The notes below the pieces were generated by a model. It was given only the letters and a program-made list of their open reading frames with translations, was not told the origin of the DNA and did no database searches. From assembly GCA_030668875.1 (NCBI GenBank), contig DAOVER010000003.1, positions 60,001-92,000 of the forward strand: DNA of 32,000 nt, written 5' to 3'. This document shows positions 1 through 8,098 of this stretch, one piece after another; positions within the stretch are counted from its first letter, which is position 1; every line of letters begins with the position of its first letter. A program made the translations under genes and the position numbers. The stretch is from Candidatus Heimdallarchaeota archaeon. Lineage in GTDB: Archaea > Asgardarchaeota > Heimdallarchaeia > Heimdallarchaeales > Heimdallarchaeaceae.

Positions 1-1245
1 ATTTACCTAAATGATTACTATGGAATAATAATATATTATTTAGGATATACAGGAGTTGAACCAAGCGCAAATAATGTTTTTCATCACAATATTTTCATAA
101 ATAATATAAATGATATTCCACCCTGGTTCAACGTAGAATTTCAAGCATATGATACTTCAATAAATAGTCTCTGGTATGATGAAGCAACATTAGAAGGTAA
201 TTACTGGTCGGAATATAATGGGTCTTTACCTTATTACATAATTGCTGGAAGCTATACATTAGATCTGTATCCGTTAAATGGAACAGATACAGATGGTGAC
301 AATCTAGATGATTTACAAGAAGAGTACGTCTATTTCACAGATTTATATGATAACGACACTGATAGTGATGGGCTAGATGACTTTGAAGAGATATTTGTTT
401 ATGATACAAATCCAAACAATTTTGATAGCGATTATGATGGACTAGCTGACGGTGAAGAGATTTTAATATACAATACTAATGCTCTAAATACAGATACCGA
501 CGCAGATGGTTTAAATGATTATAATGAAGTTGTAGTGTATCTGACTAATCCTCTAGATGCTGATTCTGATGATGATTTGATGCCTGACGGTTGGGAGGTA
601 TCCCATTCTCTTAATCCTCTTGTCGATGATGCTGGAGACGATCTTGATGATGATGGGCTTGTCAATCTAGACGAATTTGAGTATTATACAAATACTAATT
701 TAAACGATACTGATTCAGATGGTCTTTTTGATGGGGAAGAGGTTCATACTTACCTAACCAATCCAAAAGATTCAGATTCTGACGATGACAAATTAAACGA
801 CGGTGATGAAGTAAATATCTACTTAACTGACCCAGCTGATTATGATTCTGACGATGACAAATTAAACGACGGTGCAGAAATAAATCAATACAATACAGAC
901 CCTCTAGATGCTGATTCTGACGATGATTTGATGCCCGACGGTTGGGAGGTATCCCATTCTCTTGATCCTCTTGTCGATGATGCTGCAGGTGATCCTGACG
1001 AGGATGAATTGTCTAATCTTGAGGAATATGAAGAAGGTACAAATCCACATGATCCAGATAGCGATGGAGATACTTATTACGATGGTGAAGAAGTTAGAAA
1101 AGGTAGAGATCCTTTGGATCCTGAATCTCATCCTTTAGCTGATGATATTCGCAACCAAATTATTGGTGGTTCAGTATTTGGTGTGCTATTTATCGGTGGT
1201 CTTACAATCTATATTCTGATTAAAAAGAGGATTATTAGCTTCTAA
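1..1245 (+). CDS. Membrane-anchored surface protein (5'-truncated): end of a NosD/CASH-like parallel beta-helix region, 12 acidic DxDxDGxxD Ca-binding (TSP3-like) repeats, C-terminal TM anchor
   Basis: Frame 1 is open from base 1 to TAA at 1243-1245; the ORF track only starts it at 535. Upstream translation includes NNVFHHNIFINN...AYD...EGNYWSEYNG...DLYPL, typical of archaeal NosD-type proteins. Then come repeats such as DTDSDGLDDFEE and DSDDDLMPDGWE, and a hydrophobic IIGGSVFGVLFIGGLTIYILI followed by KKR. Confidence 0.85.
   Translation: MYLNDYYGIIIYYLGYTGVEPSANNVFHHNIFINNINDIPPWFNVEFQAYDTSINSLWYDEATLEGNYWSEYNGSLPYYIIAGSYTLDLYPLNGTDTDGDNLDDLQEEYVYFTDLYDNDTDSDGLDDFEEIFVYDTNPNNFDSDYDGLADGEEILIYNTNALNTDTDADGLNDYNEVVVYLTNPLDADSDDDLMPDGWEVSHSLNPLVDDAGDDLDDDGLVNLDEFEYYTNTNLNDTDSDGLFDGEEVHTYLTNPKDSDSDDDKLNDGDEVNIYLTDPADYDSDDDKLNDGAEINQYNTDPLDADSDDDLMPDGWEVSHSLDPLVDDAAGDPDEDELSNLEEYEEGTNPHDPDSDGDTYYDGEEVRKGRDPLDPESHPLADDIRNQIIGGSVFGVLFIGGLTIYILIKKRIISF
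550..985 (+). repeat. Intragenic 85-bp direct repeat (550-634 and 901-985)
   Basis: cctctagatgctgattctga...ttgtcgatgatgctg occurs twice, 351 bp (117 codons) apart, with 3 mismatches. Confidence 0.95.
775..874 (+). repeat. Intragenic 31-bp perfect direct repeat (775-805 and 844-874)
   Basis: gattctgacgatgacaaattaaacgacggtg occurs twice, 69 bp (23 codons, one repeat unit) apart. Confidence 0.95.
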
Positions 1246-1268
1246 AATTGTACGAAAATTTTATGAGG

Positions 1269-1276
1269 TTTAAATA
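1269..1276 (+). promoter_or_regulatory. Candidate archaeal TATA box (TTTAAATA)
   Basis: Matches the TTTA(A/T)A consensus and lies ~25-30 nt before the GC-rich structured segment; no + strand ORF follows. Confidence 0.45.
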
Positions 1277-1296
1277 GTCTTTACTCATAGTTTGTA

Positions 1297-1490
1297 GTAG
1301 CGTTCCTTGTTGGGTAGCTTACACGAAATGGAAAAAAGCGAAACTGTAACTCATTAGCGTGCTAATGACGGGCAGTGTAGGAGAGACCGTGGCGGTCCCA
1401 TTCAGTCGTCTGTAATAAACAACTGATAAAGTTGGTTGTACAAAACTAGCATGCCATAAGAATTAAGAGGTAATCTCTCTTCTTTTTCTT
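1297..1490 (+). ncRNA. Candidate structured non-coding RNA of unknown family
   Basis: 1301-1410 is 50% GC (55/110 by hand count) in an otherwise AT-rich window. Nested stems: ttac-acga-aatgg (1319-1331) pairs with ccatt/tcgt/gtaa (1398-1415); actg/cagt (1343-46/1373-76) encloses the tcattag-cgtg-ctaatga hairpin (1351-1368); gaccg-tgg-cggtc (1385-1397); caact-gataa-agttg (1420-1434). TATA upstream, T-run downstream, no ORF. Confidence 0.5.
1465..1490 (+). terminator. Weak hairpin plus pyrimidine/T-rich tract
   Basis: aagag-gtaatct-ctctt followed by ctttttctt, immediately before the stop of the convergent Rab-like gene. Confidence 0.4.
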
Positions 1491-1491
1491 A

Positions 1492-2052
1492 CTAGATACC
1501 TAATCTCATGTAAATCTTACTTATCAAATTTTGAAAAGAATTATCTACATTTTGTCCTGATAGTGCTGATGTTTCTATGTAATCTACTCTTAATCCTCCC
1601 CATTGGGATAAAGTTTCAGCATAAGCCATTGCTGATAGTTTGTCAACTTGCACCTCTGCTGGAGTAGTTGCTCTTAGATCTGATTTATTTCCTACTATCA
1701 TCATAGGAACAAGTTTGTGATTGTTGTATTTTATCAGTTCGTTTATCCAGTAATCAATGTTGGTAAACGTGTTTGGTCTGGTTATATCAAATACGACTAA
1801 TGCTCCATAAGTACCTGCATAATAAGCTCCTCGTACTTCTGAAAACCTTGGCTGTCCAGCTAAATCCCACAATTGTAAATTAATTACATAATCTTCAAAA
1901 GATACTTGTTTGACAGAAAAATCAGCTCCTATTGTCATCAAATAATTTTCTCTAAAACTTTTTCCTATAAAATTCCTTCTCAGACTTGTCTTACCTACAG
2001 CTCCGTCACCAATCAAAACTACTTTAAATATTTTTCCAACATCGCCTGACAT
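1492..2052 (-). CDS. Rab-like Ras-superfamily small GTPase (Asgard-type eukaryotic signature protein)
   Basis: G1 GDGAVGKT, G2 TIGADF, G3 WDLAGQ, G4 NKSD, G5 ETSAL; RabF-like IGADF, LQLWD, RF..V...YY, LVVFDIT; no C-terminal prenylation cysteines. Confidence 0.93.
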   Translation of the reverse strand: MSGDVGKIFKVVLIGDGAVGKTSLRRNFIGKSFRENYLMTIGADFSVKQVSFEDYVINLQLWDLAGQPRFSEVRGAYYAGTYGALVVFDITRPNTFTNIDYWINELIKYNNHKLVPMMIVGNKSDLRATTPAEVQVDKLSAMAYAETLSQWGGLRVDYIETSALSGQNVDNSFQNLISKIYMRLGI

Positions 2053-2161
2053 AGTCTACCAAACAATTTAGTGCTGGATAGTATTTATATCTTATTGTTA
2101 TTCAAAAGCAATTCTTCTTCTTTTTTTTGATTTAAAGAAGCTTTTAAAACAGATAAAAATA

Positions 2162-2653
2162 ATGGTAATTCGTGTTGATTTTATGTTAAATGATGGTGAT
2201 TTAGCTCCTAAGTTTTGCTTACTTAATGAATCCAACGAGAAAATCTGTTTGAAAGATTTTCTAGGTAAATGGGTTGTTCTTTACTTCTATCCTAAAGATA
2301 ACACTCCTGGATGTACTACTGAAGCTTGTGATTTTACTTCTAGTATCGATGATTTCAATAATCTTGATGCAATTGTTGTTGGTATCAGTCCTGATTCTCC
2401 TGAAAGCCACCAGAAATTCATTAAAAAATTTTTGCTCAAACACATTCTTCTGAGTGATCCTAAACATGAAATTCTTCAGCTATATGGTGCCTGGAAAGAA
2501 AAAACTATTTACGGAAAAAGTTTCTTAGGTGTTATACGAAGCACTTTCCTAATTGATCATGAAGGTAAGCTCGCTAAGATTTGGATAAAGGTTAAAGTCA
2601 AAGGACATGCTGATGAAGTAAAAGCAGTTATAGATAAATTGCAAATCTCATGA
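2162..2653 (+). CDS. bcp: Peroxiredoxin Bcp/PrxQ
   Basis: YFYPKDNTPGCTTEACDF with peroxidatic and resolving Cys (CxxxxC), VVGISPDS, RSTFLID. Confidence 0.93.
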   Translation: MVIRVDFMLNDGDLAPKFCLLNESNEKICLKDFLGKWVVLYFYPKDNTPGCTTEACDFTSSIDDFNNLDAIVVGISPDSPESHQKFIKKFLLKHILLSDPKHEILQLYGAWKEKTIYGKSFLGVIRSTFLIDHEGKLAKIWIKVKVKGHADEVKAVIDKLQIS

Positions 2654-2699
2654 AATCTTTTTTTGATTATTTCTTATCTTCCTCCTATGTTCTATTTAA

Positions 2700-3097
2700 T
2701 CTAATAAATCAAAATGGAATTTTCTATTAAAGCAAATGGTTAGAGAATTTGTTGAAGATGCATCTATGTTAATTGCTATTTTTAGCAAACCAGACCTTGA
2801 TTGTATTGTTGGGGAACTTGAGTATTATCTTTTTGATACTGGAATGGCGACGCTTCAATTAATGTTAGCTCTTGTCAACAAAGGTTTAGTAGCTCATGCA
2901 ATGGCTTGTTTTAATGAGAAGATTGCTAAAGAAGTATTTAATATACCTGAAGAGATGAGACTGGTCACCCTTTAGCAGTAGGAAAGCACAGTTCTAATCT
3001 TGAGGATAAATTCGGTAAGAAATATATTGAACAGGAACAAATAGTATCAAAAAGAATGATATTTGATGAATTTGCTTACATTGATTCAATGCAGTAG
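2700..3097 (+). pseudogene. Degraded nitroreductase-family gene (N-terminus lost, -1 frameshift near 2972)
   Basis: ORF 2736-2975 has DTGMATLQLMLALVNKGLVAHAMACFNE...FNIPEE, a nitroreductase core. It stops at TAG, but the -1 frame from 2972 continues LAVGKHSSNLEDKFGKKYIEQEQIVSKRMIFDEFAYIDSMQ* to 3097. No intact RRS/APS N-terminal motif is present upstream. Confidence 0.75.
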
Positions 3098-3203
3098 TTC
3101 AATATTTTGCTAGACTCTGACCCTTAATTTTCTTCTAATTGTCATTATGTAATTCCTTTTTAAGGTAAAACATTTATTATGTTATTAGTTTCGAGGTTTA
3201 TCT

Positions 3204-4271
3204 ATGACGAGATTTGATCAAGGTCCTTCCTTTAATAAGTACAAAAGAGAACTCTCTACTTCATCAAAAAATGTAAAGAATTCTCTAGTTTTTATTCTCA
3301 TTTTAGGTTTTGTACTAACTATCACATCTATACTTAGTATATTTTTTATTATTATTCCTTCAAGTTTTACCGTAATGGAATTAGATCTCCTCTCTTTATA
3401 TGCTATAGAGATTATTTCAGACTTTTATGCTCTGAATGCTGTATTATTCATTATTTTTGCTATTTCAGAAATAATATTTCTCGGTTTTTTCGCTTTCTAT
3501 CTCGTCCAAATCTCTTTGCATGCTAGGAACCATTTTAAAATTTATAGTCTAGAGAGGGAAGAAAAAAGGTTCCAATACACTGGACTGTTTCTTATCCTTT
3601 ACGTAATATTTTCATTGTTAGGATTTATTCCTATCAATTATCTAAATACGACTATGTTTTTTATTGGTAATATTATGTTGTTTCTGGCTCTGTTCATGAA
3701 CTTTAGAATTTTCCAAACTTTCCAAAATCAGATGAGATTCATCAAAAAGCCATCCTTCCTTCCGTTGATAGGAGGCACTATCAATATTCTCTCTTGGATA
3801 GTCATGTATTTTACAATTATAGGTATTTATGGAAATTTAATAGGATTATTTCTAATCTTTTTAGGATTCAGAAAATTGGTTGTTGATTTCAAGCTTATTA
3901 CCACTGAAAGTAAATCCTTTATAAAGGATCCAAGTGCTCCAGCTCCTGCTACACCTATCCCAAAAGCTCCAAGTATTTACAATAGAACTATGATACAAGA
4001 TGAGGCACCTAAACCTACTCCAATTGAAGACTCATCCGTTGTTCCATCAGCTGTTCCTGAACCTACCCCAATTGAAGATCCAACATCTTCTCTTCCTATT
4101 GCACCTAAGCCTTCTTTTACTCCTGCTCCATCAATAGATGCTCCCACCTTAACAGCTCCGAAACCTTTAGATATAAACCAAAAGTTCTGCCCAAACTGTA
4201 AAGGTGTTGTCTACAAAACTGACAGAGTATGCAATAATTGTAATGCTGACTTAACTCAATCACAAAGCTAA
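3204..4271 (+). CDS. Multi-pass membrane protein with Pro-rich linker and C-terminal zinc ribbon
   Basis: About 6 hydrophobic segments, then PAPATPIPKAP...KPTPIED/EPTPIED repeats, then CPNC-x10-CNNC. Confidence 0.75.
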   Translation: MTRFDQGPSFNKYKRELSTSSKNVKNSLVFILILGFVLTITSILSIFFIIIPSSFTVMELDLLSLYAIEIISDFYALNAVLFIIFAISEIIFLGFFAFYLVQISLHARNHFKIYSLEREEKRFQYTGLFLILYVIFSLLGFIPINYLNTTMFFIGNIMLFLALFMNFRIFQTFQNQMRFIKKPSFLPLIGGTINILSWIVMYFTIIGIYGNLIGLFLIFLGFRKLVVDFKLITTESKSFIKDPSAPAPATPIPKAPSIYNRTMIQDEAPKPTPIEDSSVVPSAVPEPTPIEDPTSSLPIAPKPSFTPAPSIDAPTLTAPKPLDINQKFCPNCKGVVYKTDRVCNNCNADLTQSQS

Positions 4272-4299
4272 AGTTATTTTCTTGTATAACGGATATTGA

Positions 4300-4395
4300 T
4301 TGATAACATCTCCTCTTCCAGCTGTTCCTGAACCCTCTCTCATTGGTGAACCATCAATAGAAGCTCCATCCTTGACAGCTCCAAAACCATTATGA
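4300..4395 (+). repeat. Orphan copy of the Pro-rich module of the upstream gene (31-codon mini-ORF or paralog relic)
   Basis: 4351-4392 matches 4128-4169 at 36/42 nt; cagctgttcctgaacc also recurs. Reads LITSPLPAVPEPSLIGEPSIEAPSLTAPKPL*. Confidence 0.8.
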
Positions 4396-4454
4396 CTCAT
4401 AAGTTTAATAAGAAAAATATCCTTGATTAAATTAATTCAAACACTTAGTAGTTT

Positions 4455-5018
4455 CTATTCAATTCCAGATTCCAGTTTCCTTAAATCTCTATTGAATAGG
4501 ATTATAGTTTTGATTCTCATATAAATGATGCTTATTACTTTGAGCAGTATAATTAAGAGTGATAAAGAAAAAAACATTGAAATCTGGTCTGTCATGTCTA
4601 TAGAGCCTTGATAGTTGAATGAATATCTTATGATGATATTTATTTCAAAAAACATAATCAATATTTGAGAAAACAACGATGCAAATAGAAGCGGTTTTAC
4701 TTTATTATACGTTTTTAGAGAAATAATGAATATGCAAATTGTTAATAAAATAAGAATGGTTACTGGTATTAAATCTGATCGAGAAAACATTATCCTATAA
4801 AATGAGGACCCTATACTAATGAGTGACCTATCGCTCTCAAATACAACCAGGTAGTTTAATATTGGTAGTAATATCAATGAGTACACGAAAAACCACTTAT
4901 CTAATTTCGTCTCATCTGTGAACAATGTCTTCAAGGAATGTGACAAAGCTTTAAGGTTTTTCCATGATAGATTCCACTTGATTTTTCTTATACCTCTGAT
5001 TATAGGCATCATAACCAC
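4455..5018 (-). CDS. Hypothetical membrane protein (about 4 TM)
   Basis: 187-aa ORF with several hydrophobic stretches; no recognised motif. Confidence 0.6.
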   Translation of the reverse strand: MVMMPIIRGIRKIKWNLSWKNLKALSHSLKTLFTDETKLDKWFFVYSLILLPILNYLVVFESDRSLISIGSSFYRIMFSRSDLIPVTILILLTICIFIISLKTYNKVKPLLFASLFSQILIMFFEINIIIRYSFNYQGSIDMTDQISMFFSLSLLIILLKVISIIYMRIKTIILFNRDLRKLESGIE

Positions 5019-5090
5019 TATTCCGGAATCAGCTCTCTACCGAATATATATTACTATCGTTAAAAAATGAAGAAAAGTGTGATTGAAGCC

Positions 5091-5909
5091 TTAATACTTC
5101 AATTCTCTTTTTTGGAATATTAGTAATGCACCTATTAGAGCTGCTAGGCCCACTCCTAGTAACACAAAGAAATCTCCTACAGGGAAAGTTCCTGATGACA
5201 CAATTGCTGCAAAGTTCATATAATTAAAGACAGAGAAGTATTTTATAATTTCTACTGATTCTGTCATGTCACCAATCCTAAACAGAAGGAACATGCCAAA
5301 TATTACAGTTGCTGATACTCCTAAAGCTTTTCTTGGATCTAATATTAAAACTGAACAAAACAGAGCAATAGCCCCTAAACTGAAAAAAAGCATCCAAGTT
5401 CCAATCATTGAATAAGTTAATGCTAAATAATCAAATTCAACATTTAGATGAGCATAGTTATATTGTAAGTATTCAGTACTGATGAAAGTAAACAGCATTA
5501 GTAATAATGGGTAGAGTAAACTATAGAACAGATACACGCTGAATTTCTCTAACAAAAATCTCCAACGAGGGATAGGATAGCTTAATGTCACGTCAAGAGT
5601 TTTCTTGTTGATCTCCTCAGTTATAATTTTTGTTGGAATGAAAATTGTGACAGCAATAATATAATATTCAAGCATTATACTCATATACATCTGATGTGCT
5701 CCGGGCCATACTGCGATATTAAAAATACCCATATCTCCTAGCATAGCTGCATATACTGGGCTTTCAAGAATTACAGCGAATAAGTCAGCTGCTTCTCTCA
5801 TGTCAGGCCAGATTGCTGCTATTAAAAGAACAAATAATCCGAGTGAAAGAGGAATTATAATTCCAGCTTTCCATTTTTTTACTAAGTTTTTTAGAAATAT
5901 ATGTACCAT
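5091..5909 (-). CDS. ABC-2 type exporter permease
   Basis: About 6 TM; EINKKTLDVTLSYPIPRWRFLLEKF motif typical of ABC-2 permeases. AGGTGA precedes ATG 5909 (the track uses GTG 5918). Adjacent to the ATPase. Confidence 0.88.
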   Translation of the reverse strand: MVHIFLKNLVKKWKAGIIIPLSLGLFVLLIAAIWPDMREAADLFAVILESPVYAAMLGDMGIFNIAVWPGAHQMYMSIMLEYYIIAVTIFIPTKIITEEINKKTLDVTLSYPIPRWRFLLEKFSVYLFYSLLYPLLLMLFTFISTEYLQYNYAHLNVEFDYLALTYSMIGTWMLFFSLGAIALFCSVLILDPRKALGVSATVIFGMFLLFRIGDMTESVEIIKYFSVFNYMNFAAIVSSGTFPVGDFFVLLGVGLAALIGALLIFQKRELKY

Positions 5910-5918
5910 ATTTTTCAC

Positions 5919-6848
5919 CTAATCGTAATAATGTAAGAAGATTTCTTCCAAGCTTGCGTCTTCAATTGACAATCTCTCTATTTCATATCCTTTCAACCAA
6001 TTTATGAGGTCATCAATATTCTCCTTTATTTTGAGTTTGAAGTCTCCGTTATTTTTTTGATTTGCATCTAAAACAAAATCAAGCTCCTTTATTTCTTCTA
6101 ATTGCGGCACTTTGCTAGAGGAAAATCTCACAAATACATGCTGTAAGAATTTTTTCCTGAGGTTTTCTACATCCTCAACAAGAACCATCTCGCCATTCTT
6201 TATAATGCCAACTCTATCACAGATAGCTTGTACTTCAGTTAAATCATGAGAACTAAGAAAAATAGTTACACCTTCTTTTTTAAGACGTTTTAATAATTTA
6301 TGAAATTTGGCTGTAATCAAAGGGTCCAGTCCTGAACTGGGTTCATCTAGAATTAGAAATTCAGGTTTAGAAGCTAAAGCTAAGATGATTCCTACCTGTT
6401 GTCTGTTACCTGAGGATAACGTTCTTGTTTTTTGTTTTAGATTTACTGTAAAAATTGTTCTCAATTCTTCTAATAATTCTAAATTATTTTGTCGGAAATG
6501 GTTGAAATATTTAATAAGTTCTTCTCCTGTGAAATTGTCATAAACCGCTAAATCACCTGGTATATAGCCTATTCTTTTTCTTATTTCTAGAGAATTTTTT
6601 CTATGGTCTAGACCAAAGACGCTAATTTCTCCCTCTTCAATCCTTAGATAATTCAATATTGATCTCATAACTGTGGTTTTTCCAGCTCCATTCGGACCTA
6701 AAAACCCGAAAATTTCGCCTTTAGAAACTGAAAAACTTACATTTTGAGCTCCGATAATCTTCTTACCGAATTTTCTTAAACCTAAATGTATCTCTCTTCC
6801 GTAAACTTTTGTTAGATTGCTTACTTGAAGAACCGTTGCTTGTGTCAT
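5919..6848 (-). CDS. ABC-2 type exporter ATP-binding protein
   Basis: Walker A GPNGAGKTT, signature LSSGNRQ, Walker B LILDEP, H-loop SSH. Confidence 0.95.
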   Translation of the reverse strand: MTQATVLQVSNLTKVYGREIHLGLRKFGKKIIGAQNVSFSVSKGEIFGFLGPNGAGKTTVMRSILNYLRIEEGEISVFGLDHRKNSLEIRKRIGYIPGDLAVYDNFTGEELIKYFNHFRQNNLELLEELRTIFTVNLKQKTRTLSSGNRQQVGIILALASKPEFLILDEPSSGLDPLITAKFHKLLKRLKKEGVTIFLSSHDLTEVQAICDRVGIIKNGEMVLVEDVENLRKKFLQHVFVRFSSSKVPQLEEIKELDFVLDANQKNNGDFKLKIKENIDDLINWLKGYEIERLSIEDASLEEIFLHYYD

Positions 6849-6878
6849 TGCTCTCTGATTGCTTTTCAGATAGGATAT

Positions 6879-8048
6879 TTATATGTTTTCTATTCTGGTT
6901 TTTATCCTTCCTATTGCTTCTTTTATCGTTTCTAATTTTTGTGAGTAAGAGAATCTAAGATATTTTCTTCCTGATTTCTTAGTATTATTATCTCCATAGA
7001 AACTTGTTCCAGGCACTGTTGCGACTCCTTTATCCTTAACTAGAAAATCAGCAAATTCCAAATCTGTTTGACCAAAGGAACTAATATCTGCAAACACATA
7101 GTATGCCCCTGAAGGAATGAAAGTATCAAATCCTATATTGTTTAATTCTTTTGTTAGGAAATCTCTGTTTGTTCGATATCTTTGCTTTAACTCATCGAAA
7201 TAATCCTCTTTAAGATTAAAGGATTCAAGAACGGAATATTGTAAAGGTGACGGGGCACAAACTGTTAGATAATCATGCACTTTCCTAACTCCTGACATTA
7301 ATTCCTTCTCAGCTGCAGCATAACCTATTCTCCAACCTGTTATAGAAAATGTTTTACTGAATCCTGAAATTGTAATTGTTCTTTCGTACATATCTTTGAT
7401 ACTCCCAAGACTTATGTGTTTGACATTATCATAGAGAATATACTCGTATATTTCATCAGTAATAGCAATTAGATTATGTTCTTGGCAGATATCAGCTATG
7501 AATTCTAATTCTTTCTTTGAAAATACTTTGCCAGTTGGATTATGAGGAGAATTTATCACAATTGCCTTTGTTTCTGAAGACAAACTTTCTTTCACTTTTT
7601 CCTCATCTATCGAGAATTCTTGTTCGTCAAGGGGGACATATACTGGCTTTCCTCCAGCTAGATGAGTAATCGGAACATAATTCTCATACCAAGGTTCAAG
7701 TACTAGAATCTCCTCCCTAGGGTTCATTGTTGCCAAAATAGCACTTGAAATAGCCTCAGAAGCACCACAAGTAACAGTGATTTCATGTTCAGGATTATAA
7801 TTGATTTTGTTATAGGTTGAAAGTTTTTCAGCTATTTGTTCTCGCAGATCTTCCCTACCATAAGTTACAGAATATTGGTGTTCTTGTATCTCTATTGCTT
7901 TTTTTATCCCTTTTATTAATTCTTCAGGAGGGTTAAAATCTGGCATCCCTTGAGACAAATTAATAGCATTATGTTCAATTGCTTTCCTTGTCATCTCTCT
8001 TATTACTGATTCTTGAAAATGATCTAATCTTCTGGCTAACAATGTCAT
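6879..8048 (-). CDS. PLP-dependent aminotransferase class I/II
   Basis: INLSQGMPDF, NSPHNPTG, DEIYE, and the PLP-lysine motif SKTFSITGWRIGY. Confidence 0.93.
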   Translation of the reverse strand: MTLLARRLDHFQESVIREMTRKAIEHNAINLSQGMPDFNPPEELIKGIKKAIEIQEHQYSVTYGREDLREQIAEKLSTYNKINYNPEHEITVTCGASEAISSAILATMNPREEILVLEPWYENYVPITHLAGGKPVYVPLDEQEFSIDEEKVKESLSSETKAIVINSPHNPTGKVFSKKELEFIADICQEHNLIAITDEIYEYILYDNVKHISLGSIKDMYERTITISGFSKTFSITGWRIGYAAAEKELMSGVRKVHDYLTVCAPSPLQYSVLESFNLKEDYFDELKQRYRTNRDFLTKELNNIGFDTFIPSGAYYVFADISSFGQTDLEFADFLVKDKGVATVPGTSFYGDNNTKKSGRKYLRFSYSQKLETIKEAIGRIKTRIENI

Positions 8049-8098
8049 AGATGAAGAATATAATAACTATTAATAGATTTTTTCAATGATTTAAGATT

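Noticed and set aside
280-1130. CRISPR-like periodic repeats
   Set aside because: The period is a multiple of 3 and the repeats are degenerate at wobble positions; they are coding Ca-binding repeats.
1360-1400. SECIS element or known riboswitch (AUGA, GCUAAUGAC, GGAGAGAC fragments)
   Set aside because: Only isolated short matches; spacing does not fit, there is no downstream co-oriented gene, and no in-frame TGA is visible in the upstream gene.
1338-1432. Hammerhead ribozyme (GCGAAAC and CUGAUAA present)
   Set aside because: The core needs CUGANGA (here CUGAUAA) and a UH cleavage site after stem III (here UG), and the required stems do not form.
1297-1460. RNase P, SRP or 5S RNA identity for the structured element (GUACAAAAC resembles the RNase P 3' conserved region)
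   Set aside because: No GAGGAAxxUC P4 5' strand, and no GGCUUA after ACAAAAC; no SRP helix-8 motif; no 5S loop pattern on either strand.
2968-2975. Programmed -1 ribosomal frameshift in the nitroreductase
   Set aside because: No canonical X XXY YYZ heptamer or clear downstream stimulatory structure, and the N-terminus is also destroyed.
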